A stretch of DNA of 64,000 nucleotides from Cyanophora paradoxa CCMP329 (taxonomy: Eukaryota > Plantae > Glaucophyta). Location of the stretch: positions 310,001-374,000 of the forward strand of contig QPMI01000017.1 in assembly GCA_004431415.1 (NCBI GenBank), given 5' to 3'. A program made the position numbers and the translations under genes. A model generated the notes under the pieces. It was given only the letters and a program-made list of their open reading frames with translations, did no database searches and was not told where the DNA came from. Positions 1 through 11,246 of the stretch are shown here, piece after piece (position 1 is the stretch's first letter; each line of letters starts with the position of its first letter).

Positions 1-519
1 TACGCACGACGCTGACGCGACCTCGCTTGGAAGTGAATGAAGGGTCCACTGCGCTCGTACTTATCCGCCGGCTGAAGCTGAAGCGTTCGCCTCGGAGCTA
101 GCGCTCGCGCTCACCCAGCCCGACTTCCGGGAGGAATTCTCTGCGCGGGGGTACGCGTTAGCAACCGCCGAAGCTGCATTCGCTTGTGCGTGTAAGAGGC
201 TTTCGAAGGCGGCAAAGTGAGTCGCAGATGTTTCGTCCTTCAGCAAACCTACTCCCGCCGCTCCCGCCGCTCCCGCGCTTGAGCTCGGCGAGATCGGGCA
301 TTTTTCTTTTTCGGTGGGGTCGGGTGAAAAAAGCCTGGGGTCGCCCGAGAGCGCGCCCGAGAGTAACAAAAAAGCAAGAACTCCGGACGCGGCCCGTGAC
401 GGGCGAAAAAAGTCGCGTTCGGCCCAAGTTTGAAAGTTGGAGCGGGACGGCACCCCGGCGCTCCGCAGCGTTCAACTCACTCCTCCCTCCGTGTACCTCT
501 AGCCACCCAGCCCGCCAAC

Positions 520-1110
520 ATGCCGCCGAAGGCCGAGAAGAAGCCCGTCGAGAAGAAGGACGTGCGTGGAGCGATGGATGCGCGCGGGCGGGAGGCGTGG
601 GCGGTGCGCTGACCGGGGCGCGTTCTGGCGTGCGCAGGACGAGGAGAAGAAGGAGGAGCAGCCCAAGAAGGCCGCCAAGGCCCCGAAGGCTGAGAAGGCC
701 CCCAAGGCCAAGAAGGCCACCAAGGGCGAGAAGAAGGAGGGCGACAAGAAGAAGATTAAGAAGAGCAAGAAGTACACCTTCTCTTCTGTGCGTGGGGGCC
801 TGCGTGGGCGTGGGAGCGCTCGCGTGCGGGGCGCTGACGCGCGGCGGCGCAGTACATCTTCAAGGTGCTCAAGCAGGTCCACCCGGACACTGGCATGTCC
901 AAGTCGGCGATGTCCATCATGAACTCGTTCGTGACGGACATGTTCGAGAAGATCTCGACGGAGGCTGGCAAGCTTGTTCGCCAGAACAAGTCCCAGACCC
1001 TCTCGTCCCGGGAGATCCAGACGGCCGTCCGCCTGCTCCTGCCCGGCGAGCTGGCCAAGCACGCCGTGTCGGAGGGCACCAAGGCGGTGACCAAGTTCAC
1101 CTCGGCCTAA
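520..1110 (+). CDS. H2B: Histone H2B, 3 exons
   Basis: [14 protein letters not shown]|DEEKK...YTFSS|[14 protein letters not shown]...[33 protein letters not shown]. Two GT-AG introns. Confidence 0.97.
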
Positions 1111-1137
1111 AGGACCTGCCTCTGACTACCTACCTAC

Positions 1138-1153
1138 GGTGTCTTTTGACACC
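1138..1153 (+). promoter_or_regulatory. Histone 3' UTR stem-loop
   Basis: GGTGTC-TTTT-GACACC: 6 bp stem, 4 nt loop, GG/CC base, 27 nt after the stop codon. Confidence 0.8.
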
Positions 1154-1624
1154 TCTCTCTCCTCTTCGAACCCGTGGCGTCTGCGCGCGTAGCGTAGCTG
1201 GGCGCGGGGCCTTGCTCGGGCAGCGTGGCGCGGCGCGCAGCAGGCGTAGCGAGCAGTGAGTGGCCTCGGTGTACGCGTTGCGCCTTCCGTTGCTCTTGGT
1301 GAGGCGTTCGCGTAGCGCGTTTGCTAGCCCCGCCGGTGTTGGCGTAATTTGAATTTTGAGCTGCTTGCATCTTTCTTGAACTCGATTAGCGTCGCTTTCG
1401 TAGAGTAGCAGTTACAGCTAGCGTCAGGGTTATGCAGGCGTGCAGGAGCTGGTTTTGTTGTTTGAATTTCAAAGCATGTATATTTATTCGGAGACAGTGG
1501 CAGTTGCGTTCAGCCCTGCAGATCTAGTTTGCGTCCCCAGCGCGAACAGCGCGTGCTCTGCTGAGGCTGCCTCAAGCTAGACATGCTCAGGGGATAATGC
1601 ATGACCAGGATGCGGAATGCCCAT

Positions 1625-2719
1625 TCACGCATCGTAATCTACCCCCGGCACGCCGATGTCCGCCTCGTTTGCCCTCTGCAAGAGAAAGATTGTGCCCTTG
1701 TTCCCTCTGCTAATCTGTTGAGCAGGCCGGGCGTTAGGAGGGAAGCAACTGACGCGCGCCGCGAGGGAGGCGATCTGCTGCGTATGCGCACTCGGAAGTC
1801 GGCATCCAGGTAGGTCACGTCCAGCCAGCCCTTCGCCTCGTCGCCGAGAAGACGGAAAGGGACGGGATACGGGACGCGGACGGGGAGCGCCCTGAACCTA
1901 AACGCCGCCCGATCGAAAGCAAACTTGACGCGCGTGCCGTTGGGGTCAATCGTTGCAGCCGCCTCCACGGTCAGCTTCCCGTTCAAAGGGCCGAGATCCG
2001 CGATCTGCGCATGCGCGTGGCCGCCGCGGGCGAGTAAAAGGCGAGTGCGCGGCGCGCGGCGCGGGCGGCGCACGTTGCGGATCCGGCGGTCGGCGGGGTC
2101 CTGCAGTTTCACGAGCTGATGTACATTCGGCACCCTGCGAGCTGCCTTTGAGGACCCGACGCCAATGGCGAGCGCCGCGCAAACAAACAAGACCTCACCT
2201 CCCGACCACCAGGCGCTGAATTGGGCTCGCCGTGCCGGGCCGTGTGGTAAATAGAAGTCGCCAGCAGCTGTTCGTATTCATCAAGATCTAGAAAACAGAG
2301 ACATGGGTGCACCACTGGCTTACCCGTCGAGCAGCGGGGACGAAGCCGGGCTGTCGAAGACAGCAGTCAGCCTTGGCCACGCAGCGCGGCGGGCGAGCGG
2401 CGCGCACTTCTGAGTAGCGTTGGAACCCTCGAGCTGCCCGACGAGGTCCAGGATCTTGGTGCGCTGCGCCTCGCCGACAACGCGGCCGGTGCTCGTGTCT
2501 GCGCGGTGGCCATGGGTCAACAGGACGGACGCAAGCGTCGGCGCACGGCGAACCCTTAACGGCCTCCCGTAGCTGCCGCTTGAACTCTTCTGCGTTCGCG
2601 TGCACCTGGAAGCGCTGGCGCGGCGCTCGCCGCGCGTTCGGCCGAACGAGCGATGCGCCGGAGACCGGCGCGCCGAAGAGCTGGCGCTCGGCGCTCAGAG
2701 GCGCCACGCTGACGAACAT
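1625..2719 (-). CDS. Plastid lipid-associated protein / fibrillin (FBN10-like PAP domain)
   Basis: Spliced LLDG|CWRLLFTTRPGTASPIQR...VPYPVPFRLLGDEAKGWLDVTYLD...ISRGNKGTIFLLQR. Transit-peptide-like MFVSVAP...LFG start. Confidence 0.88.
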
Positions 2720-2898
2720 CTGCCGAAGCTTAGCGCCGATGGAGCTAACTGCCGAACCAACGCCGACTTTCGCCGTCCGCGGCTGGGTACCGATTTCGCA
2801 GAGGCATTTCGCCTCGCCGCACTGGAATCGAGCGCCTTTCTTGCTGCAAGGCCTCTGAACTTGACTGAGGCGGGGAGCTCGGCCGGCTGCGCCGGCGA

Positions 2899-4247
2899 AT
2901 GTGCGCGCTCTTCGATGCGGCTCGCGCGGGCGATGCGGAGCGCCTTGAAGCGCTGCTGGCCTCCGCCGAGTTCGATGTCAATGCGCGGTGGGTTATCGCC
3001 GGGCCGCGCATGCAGCGCACACCGGCTGACTCGCTCGCAGCGACGATCTTGGCCGGAGCGCATTGGCGCTCGCGGTAGAGGCGCGCGCGGAGCGCTGCGC
3101 GGCGCTGCTCTGCCGAGCCGGAGCGGATGCACGGGCGCCTCTTTCAGCGGTCACGAGCGCGAAGGTCCTGGCGCGCGCCGTGGAGCTCAAGCTCCCCAAC
3201 CTGGTCGCAATCCTGCTGGAGCACGGCGCTGGCATTCAGGGCGATCCAGCGCTCAAGCGCACCGCCGTCCATATCAGCGCGCTCGCAAACTCGGACGAGT
3301 GCCTGCGGCGTCTGCTGGACGCCGAGCCCGGCGCGTCGCTCCTGCAGGACGCGGAGGGCTCCACCGCCGCGCACTTTGCGGCGCGGCATGGGAATCCGGC
3401 GTCGCTGTTACGTATCCTCGAGGCGGACCCGAGCGCCGCAAATGCTGCCGCAGAGCCGTCGGCCGACATGCCGCTCCACACCGCCGCCGCGTGGGGATCT
3501 GAGGCCGCCATCGAGGCGCTGCTCAACGCGGGGGCCGACCCCGCGGCCATGAACCGCGCGGGGCGCACCCCGCTGCACGTGCGGTCCTGCTCCGATTTCG
3601 CCCCGCCCCGCCCACCCCGCGGCTCACACCGTTGCGCAGACGGCGGCCGCTTCGGGCTTTGCGCCGTGCGTGAGGCGGCTCCTCGATTCCGGACGCGTGA
3701 ACCCCGCCGCGCGGGACCACGAGGGCGCCACGGCCATCCGGTGCGCCCCGCCCACCGCGCTCCGCGAGGCCCGCGCGCCGCGGGCCGAGCCGCGGGCAGG
3801 CTGGCGGCGGCGGGGCAGCACGCGGAGTGCGTGGCGCTGCTCTCGGAGGCGGCGGTGCCGGAGGGGAGCGGCCGCTGGAGCCTCTCGGACGAGCTCTTCC
3901 GCACCGGCCGCGAGCTCCTCGCCCCGGGCTCCGACACCCGCTCCGCCCGCCCCTCCTTCCGCCCCCTCCTCGCCGCCGCGCTCCACGACGGCAGCCCCGC
4001 CTGCGCCCAGCGCGCCGAGGCCCTCTTCTCGGACCTGCAGGCGCGCCCCAGGCCCCTCCTCCCGCCCCCGCTCCCGCCCCCGCTCCCGCCCCGCCTGACG
4101 CGCGCCCCGCCCCGCCAGGCGGCCGTCGCGGCGGTGCAGGCGGAGCCGGCGCAGCTGACGTGGTACCCCGAGCGGCTAGAGAACATCCTCTGCGCCCTCG
4201 CCGCCTTCTGGGCCGCCGCCGTCGACCCCTCTGCGCCGGCGGGCGCG
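2899..4247 (+). pseudogene. 3'-truncated copy of the ankyrin-HECT gene (ankyrin part only)
   Basis: Matches 5306-6650, then runs into antisense fibrillin sequence at the junction. Confidence 0.85.
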
Positions 4248-4270
4248 ACGGGGAGCGCCCTGAACCTACG

Positions 4271-5126
4271 GGGATACGGGACGCGGACGGGGAGCGCCCT
4301 GAACCTAAACGCCGCCCGATCGAAAGCAAACTTGACGCGCGTGCCGTTGGGGTCAATCGTTGCAGCCGCCTCCACGGTCAGCTTCCCGTTCAAAGGGCCG
4401 AGATCCGCGATCTGCGCATGCGCGTGGCCGCCGCGGGCGAGTAAAAGGCGAGTGCGCGGCGCGCGGCGCGGGCGGCGCACGTTGCGGATCCGGCGGTCGG
4501 CGGGGTCCTGCAGTTTCACGAGCTGATGTACATTCGGCACCCTGCGAGCTGCCTTTGAGGACCCGACGCCAATGGCGAGCGCCGCGCAAACAAACAAGAC
4601 CTCACCTCCCGACCACCAGGCGCTGAATTGGGCTCGCCGTGCCGGGCCGTGTGGTAAATAGAAGTCGCCAGCAGCTGTTCGTATTCATCAAGATCTAGAA
4701 AACAGAGACATGGGTGCACCACTGGCTTACCCGTCGAGCAGCGGGGACGAAGCCGGGCTGTCGAAGACAGCAGTCAGCCTTGGCCACGCAGCGCGGCGGG
4801 CGAGCGGCGCGCACTTCTGAGTAGCGTTGGAACCCTCGAGCTGCCCGACGAGGTCCAGGATCTTGGTGCGCTGCGCCTCGCCGACAACGCGGCCGGTGCT
4901 CGTGTCTGCGCGGTGGCCATGGGTCAACAGGACGGACGCAAGCGTCGGCGCACGGCGAACCCTTAACGGCCTCCCGTAGCTGCCGCTTGAACTCTTCTGC
5001 GTTCGCGTGCACCTGGAAGCGCTGGCGCGGCGCTCGCCGCGCGTTCGGCCGAACGAGCGATGCGCCGGAGACCGGCGCGCCGAAGAGCTGGCGCTCGGCG
5101 CTCAGAGGCGCCACGCTGACGAACAT
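4271..5126 (-). pseudogene. 3'-truncated fibrillin copy
   Basis: Matches 1864-2719 and lacks the GWLDVTYL...RGNKG end. Confidence 0.85.
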
Positions 5127-5305
5127 CTGCCGAAGCTTAGCGCCGATGGAGCTAACTGCCGAACCAACGCCGACTTTCGCCGTCCGCGGCTGGGTACCGA
5201 TTTCGCAGAGGCATTTCGCCTCGCCGCACTGGAATCGAGCGCCTTTCTTGCTGCAAGGCCTCTGAACTTGACTGAGGCGGGGAGCTCGGCCGGCTGCGCC
5301 GGCGA

Positions 5306-8290
5306 ATGTGCGCGCTCTTCGATGCGGCTCGCGCGGGCGATGCGGAGCGCCTTGAAGCGCTGCTGGCCTCCGCCGAGTTCGATGTCAATGCGCGGTGGGT
5401 TATCGCCGGGCCGCGCATGCAGCGCACACCGGCTGACTCGCTCGCAGCGACGATCTTGGCCGGAGCGCATTGGCGCTCGCGGTAGAGGCGCGCGCGGAGC
5501 GCTGCGCGGCGCTGCTCTGCCGAGCCGGAGCGGATGCACGGGCGCCTCTTTCAGCGGTCACGAGCGCGAAGGTCCTGGCGCGCGCCGTGGAGCTCAAGCT
5601 CCCCAACCTGGTCGCAATCCTGCTGGAGCACGGCGCTGGCATTCAGGGCGATCCAGCGCTCAAGCGCACCGCCGTCCATATCAGCGCGCTCGCAAACTCG
5701 GACGAGTGCCTGCGGCGTCTGCTGGACGCCGAGCCCGGCGCGTCGCTCCTGCAGGACGCGGAGGGCTCCACCGCCGCGCACTTTGCGGCGCGGCATGGGA
5801 ATCCGGCGTCGCTGTTACGTATCCTCGAGGCGGACCCGAGCGCCGCAAATGCTGCCGCAGAGCCGTCGGCCGACATGCCGCTCCACACCGCCGCCGCGTG
5901 GGATCTGAGGCCGCCATCGAGGCGCTGCTCAACGCGGGGGCCGACCCCGCGGCCATGAACCGCGCGGGGCGCACCCCGCTGCACGTGCGGTCCTGCTCCG
6001 ATTTCGCCCCGCCCCGCCCACCCCGCGGCTCACACCGTTGCGCAGACGGCGGCCGCTTCGGGCTTTGCGCCGTGCGTGAGGCGGCTCCTCGATTCCGGAC
6101 GCGTGAACCCCGCCGCGCGGGACCACGAGGGCGCCACGGCCATCCGGTGCGCCCCGCCCACCGCGCTCCGCGAGGCCCGCGCGCCGCGGGCCGAGCCGCG
6201 GGCAGGCTGGCGGCGGCGGGGCAGCACGCGGAGTGCGTGGCGCTGCTCTCGGAGGCGGCGGTGCCGGAGGGGAGCGGCCGCTGGAGCCTCTCGGACGAGC
6301 TCTTCCGCACCGGCCGCGAGCTCCTCGCCCCGGGCTCCGACACCCGCTCCGCCCGCCCCTCCTTCCGCCCCCTCCTCGCCGCCGCGCTCCACGACGGCAG
6401 CCCCGCCTGCGCCCAGCGCGCCGAGGCCCTCTTCTCGGACCTGCAGGCGCGCCCCAGGCCCCTCCTCCCGCCCCGCTCCCGCCCCGCTCCCGCCCCGCCT
6501 GACGCGCGCCCCGCCCGCCAGGCGGCCGTCGCGGCGGTGCAGGCGGAGCCGGCGCAGCTGACGTGGTACCCCGAGCGGCTAGAGAACATCCTCTGCGCCC
6601 TCGCCGCCTTCTGGGCCGCCGCCGTCGACCCCTCTGCGCCGGCGGGCGCGGCCGGCGCACCTGGCGCCGGCGACGACGAGGCGGACGAACCTGCGCCGCT
6701 GACGGCCCCGCCGGCGGCGCCCTTCCCGCGGCCGAGCCCGCTTCCTGAGCTCGCCGCCGCCCTCGTCGAGTTCGTCCGCCGGGTCCGCAACCGCCCGCTT
6801 TCGCCCCGCCGCCCTGCACGCGCCGGCCGCCATCTCACCGCGCCGCAGATCGCGCCGTGGCTGACGGACCTGGCGGAGAGGGACCGGCGCCTGTACCCCG
6901 GCTGTCTCGGCTTCCTTCTGGCCTTTGACGACCCCTCCGCCCTGCCCCTCAAGCGCCTCTGGGTACGCCCCCCTGCCCCCGGCGCTGCCCCGCCGCTGCC
7001 GACTCCCCTCGCCGGCGCCCCCGCAGCTCCTGGACCTCATTCGGAGGGCCAACATGCCACTCGGCGGGGGCGCCCCGCCCGCCGCCGGCGTCGTCACCCG
7101 CGTGCGCGCCCCGCCCGCCGCACCGGCGCCGGCCGCGCACGCCTGCATCTGACGGCCGGGCGCGCCCCAGGTGGCGCCCTCCGTAACGGCGGCCGAGCGC
7201 GAGGCGTCTCTCACGGCCGCCCTGCCCGTCGCCCCGCCGGGCACCGCCGCCGCCATCGCGGCCGCCGCCGCCGCGCTCGGGCCCGCGGCGCTCGGGGCCG
7301 GGGCCACCGGGGCGCGGCCCGGGCCCGAGCGGCAGCGGAGCGTCAGCACGGGGGGGCGGCCGCTCTACTCGGGCCTCCTCCCCGCGGCCGGCGACTCGGA
7401 CGAGGACGAGCTGGAGCGCCCGCGCGCCCCCGCCCGCAGCAGCGGCGGCGGCCGCCTCGAGGGCGCCGCCGCGTCGGCGGCGCCGCGCCCGCCGCGCCCG
7501 CCGCCGCGGAGGCGGCGCGTGGTCGACGAGAGCGACGAGTCGGAGGGGTCGAGCGACGAGGAGGAGGAGGGGCGGGCGAGCCCCGCGCCGCCGCGGCAGC
7601 GGACGCTCAGCGGGAGCGCGGTGGAGGACCGCGGGGCGGCCGCCACGCGCGCCCTCGCGTCCGCCCTCGCGCGCATCTCCCCCGCCGGCCCCGCCCCGCC
7701 CCGCTGCCGCCCTCCGGCGGCCCGAAGCGCGTGCCCGTCGTCGTCCGCCGGTGCGCCGTCCTTCCCGCGCGCGGGCCCTCGCCGCCGGCGCCGCCCGGGG
7801 CCGAGGGGCCCGGCGGCAGGGCGGCGGTGCTGGAGGACGCGGTGGAGAAGTTTGGCGGGGACCGCGGCCTCGAGATCGTGCGCCCCGCCGGCCCTCCAGA
7901 TCCCGGCTCGCCTCCGCCCGCCCCTTCGCCGACGCGCGCGGGGCGGGGCGGCTTGCGCGCAGCTGCGGAGCCCGGCGGGGGTGGACCTGCGCTTCGCGGG
8001 GGAGCAGGGCGAGGGCGCCGGCGTCTTCCGCGAGTTCCTCCGCCTCCTCTGCGGGGCCGCCGCGAACCCCCGCGCCCTCCTCTTCCGCAGCGAGGACGGC
8101 GGCGTCACGTTCGCCGCGAGCCCCGCCAGCTCCATCCTCGTCCGCCCGCGCCCCCGCCCCCCGCGCGCCACGTTCTTAATGGGGCGCAGGGAGACGCGGA
8201 GGGGCAGTACGTCGTCGTGGGGCGCCTCCTCGGCTTCGCCCTCGCCGCCTCCTTCACCGCCCCGCTGCCCCTCGCCCTCCCCGTCCGCAA

Positions 8291-8328
<38 letters not shown>

Positions 8329-9652
8329 CCCCGCGCCCCGTCCCGCCCGCTGAGGAGCCCGCAGGCGCTGCTCGGGGTGCCCCACCGCCCCTCCGACCTC
8401 GTCTCCATCGCCCCCGTGCGCCCGCCCGTATGCGCCCGCCCCGCTCGCGCCCCGCGCCGATCCCCGCGCGCCCCGCGGGCAGGAGGTGTACAAGAGCCTG
8501 GTGGAGGTGGCGGAGGGCCCGCCGGGGCTCGCCGAAAGCCTCGGCCTCACATTCGTCGCCACCGAGGACGAGCCCTTCCCCGAGGAGGCCCGCCCCGCCC
8601 CGCCCCGCCCCGCCCTTGCGGCCCGCCGGTCTGAGGGAGGGGTGGGGCAGGTGGAGCTGCTGCCCGGCGGGGCGGAGCTTCCCGTGACCGACGCAAACCG
8701 GGGCCAGTACGTGCGGCTCTTCTGCGAGTGGCGCTGCCTCGGCCGCGTCCGCGAGCAGGCGCGCCTCGCCACCCGCCGGGGCGCCCCGTCTCCCCCCGCG
8801 CGGCGCGGCTGAAGCGCCGGGCCCCGGCCCCGCAGGTGGCGGCTCTTTGCCGCGGGTTCCGCGAGATCGTCCCCGGCCGCGTCCTCGACCGAGTCAGAGG
8901 GTGCGCCTCGCGGCCGGCCCCGGCGCTCTCCGAGTCCGAGGGCCGGCCACTGAGCGCCTTCATACACTGGGCGCGCCCCCTGCAGGCTGCTCTCCCCACA
9001 GGACCTGGATGCGCTCCTCTGCGGCACCCGCGCCATCGACGTCGACGACTGGCAGGCCCGCCCCCGCTCCCGGCCCCGCCCCCGCCCATCCCTCCCCTTT
9101 CTGCGCCAGCGCTGGGTCACCCCGCGACGCTGACGCCGCCGGCCGCGCCCCCGCAGGCGAACACGCAGTACGCGGGGGGCTACCACGCCGCCTCCCCGGA
9201 GGTGCTGCTGTTCTGGAGGATGGTCCGCGAGGGCATGGACCACCGACACCGCGTGCGAACCATCCCCCCCCACCTCCTTTCCCCCCAGGACGACTCCGCT
9301 CGCGCTCCTGACTCTCGAGCTCCTCGCTTGCGTGCAGGCGGAACTCCTCCACTTCGTCACGGGGTGCGGCGAGCCGGCGCCCGCGCGCCCCTGGCCCCTT
9401 TGATCATGACGTCAACTCGCCGCGCGCAGGTCGTCGGCCGTGCCCGTCGGGGGATTCGGCCGCCTGTGCGGACCCCACGGCCCTGCCCCTTTCACCATCA
9501 TGGCCTCCGAGGCGGGGTCGAGCTCTCTTCCCACCGCCCACACCTGCTTCCACCTCTTGCGACTCCCTCGCTACGCCTCCCTCGAGCATATGGCCACCCA
9601 ATTCTCCATCGCCCTCTCCCACGGGAGCGGCGGCGGCTTCCAATTCATTTGA
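5306..9652 (+). CDS. Ankyrin-repeat HECT E3 ubiquitin ligase (multi-exon)
   Basis: MCALFDAARAGD...GRSAL, TAVH, TAAH, PLH ankyrin repeats. HECT motifs LRFAGEQGEGAGVFREF, VTDANRGQYV, IDVDDWQ, LLHFVTG, LPTAHTCF (catalytic Cys). One-base G-run deficit at ~5900 versus the duplicate copy. Confidence 0.92.
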
Positions 9653-10133
9653 TCTAACAATTCCAACGCTGTCTGCTGTCTTCTCTCAGTAGATTACGAT
9701 GCGTGATGGGCATTCCGCATCCTAGCCATTCATTATCCCCTGAGCATGCCTAGCTCGAGCAGTCTCAGCACGCTACTGGATTTGCAGGGCTGGACGCAAC
9801 TGCCAGTACATGCTTTGAAATTCAAACGACAAGACCATCTCCTGCACGCCTGCATAACCCTGACGCTAGCTGTAACTGCTACTCTACGAAAGCGACGCTA
9901 ATCGAGTTCAAGAAAGATGCAAGCAGCTCAAAATTCAAATTACGCCAACACCGGCGGGGCTAGCAAACGCGCTACGCGAACGCCTCACCAAGAGCAACGG
10001 AAGGCGCAACGCGTACACCGAGGCCACTCACTGCTCGCTACGCCTGCTGCGCGCCGCGCCACGCTGCCCGAGCAAGGCCCCGCGCCCAGCTACGCTACGC
10101 GCGCAGACGCCACGGGTTCGAAGAGGAGAGAGA

Positions 10134-10149
10134 GGTGTCAAAAGACACC
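10134..10149 (-). promoter_or_regulatory. Histone 3' UTR stem-loop, second copy
   Basis: ggtgtcaaaagacacc on the + strand. Confidence 0.8.
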
Positions 10150-10176
10150 GTAGGTAGGTAGTCAGAGGCAGGTCCT

Positions 10177-10765
10177 TTAGGCCGAGGTGAACTTGGTCAC
10201 CGCCTTGGTGCCCTCCGACACGGCGTGCTTGGCCAGCTCGCCGGGCAGGAGCAGGCGGACGGCCGTCTGGATCTCCCGGGACGAGAGGGTCTGGGACTTG
10301 TTCTGGCGAACAAGCTTGCCAGCCTCCGTCGAGATCTTCTCGAACATGTCCGTCACGAACGAGTTCATGATGGACATCGCCGACTTGGACATGCCAGTGT
10401 CCGGGTGGACCTGCTTGAGCACCTTGAAGATGTACTGCGCCGCCGCGCGTCAGCGCCCCGCACGCGAGCGCTCCCACGCCCACGCAGGCCCCACGCACAG
10501 AAGAGAAGGTGTACTTCTTGCTCTTCTTAATCTTCTTCTTGTCGCCCTCCTTCTTCTCGCCCTTGGTGGCCTTCTTGGCCTTGGGGCCTTCTCAGCCTTC
10601 GGGGCCTTGGCGGCCTTCTTGGGCTGCTCCTCCTTCTTCTCCTCGTCCTGCGCACGCCAGAACGCGCCCCGGTCAGCGCACCGCCCACGCCTCCCGCCCG
10701 CGCGCATCCATCGCTCCACGCACGTCCTTCTTCTCGACGGGCTTCTTCTCGGCCTTCGGCGGCAT
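10177..10765 (-). CDS. H2B: Histone H2B, second copy
   Basis: Matches 520-1110 apart from single-base homopolymer differences. One of these frameshifts exon 2 at ~10583-10586 and is a probable consensus error. Confidence 0.9.
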
Positions 10766-11246
10766 GTTGGCGGGCTGGGTGGCTAGAGGTACACGGAGGG
10801 AGGAGTGAGTTGAACGCTGCGGAGCGCCGGGGTGCCGTCCCGCTCCAACTTTCAAACTTGGGCCGAACGCGACTTTTTTCGCCCGTCACGGGCCGCGTCC
10901 GGAGTTCTTGCTTTTTTGTTACTCTCGGGCGCGCTCTCGGGCGACCCCAGGCTTTTTTCACCCGACCCCACCGAAAAAGAAAAATGCCCGATATCGATCG
11001 CGATCTCGTATATATACGTACGCGTCGAGCTCATGATCAAGCGTGGGAGCGGCGGGCCGGAAGCGTGAATGAAGCACGGCATTTTCCAACCGTCGATAGC
11101 AAGCCGCATGCGCACGACCAGTGCGCGCGACACGAGAATCTGGTACCCCCGCGCAGCGTGCTCCCGCGTCGAGCTCGCCGCTGGCACTTTCGAAATTAGC
11201 GAACATCGCAATCCGTATCGATCGATCGCTCAGCGCGCGCGCGCGC

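Larger units (their letters stand above)
263..1642. repeat. Left arm of ~1.35 kb inverted segmental duplication (H2B, promoter and 3' region)
   Basis: Reverse complement matches 9690-11056. Near-identical over ~293-1448; diverged with indels over ~1449-1642 and at the outer ~30 bp. Confidence 0.95.
1864..6650. repeat. Tandem duplication, 2407 bp offset (1864-4247 and 4271-6650), with a 23 bp junction insert
   Basis: Copies near-identical; the ORF track repeats at +2407. Junction at 4248-4270. Confidence 0.95.
9690..11056. repeat. Right arm of the H2B inverted duplication
   Basis: Reverse complement of 263-1642. Confidence 0.95.

Noticed and set aside
1-262. Gene or H2A partner upstream of the first H2B
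   Set aside because: No recognisable protein motif in the visible sequence; cannot be called at the window edge.
5007-8687. 1226 aa ORF and the other long Arg/Pro/Gly/Ala ORFs in the track
   Set aside because: Stop-poor GC-rich read-through across introns and frames; the spliced models explain the conserved motifs.
10583-10586. Frameshifts in H2B copy 2, HECT (~5900) and the F-box gene (~41777) as evidence of pseudogenes
   Set aside because: Single-base deficits, mostly in G/C runs, with otherwise intact genes; typical long-read consensus errors.
263-11056. Composite transposon or TIR element bounded by the inverted arms
   Set aside because: The arms are host histone genes; no transposase or target-site duplication was found.
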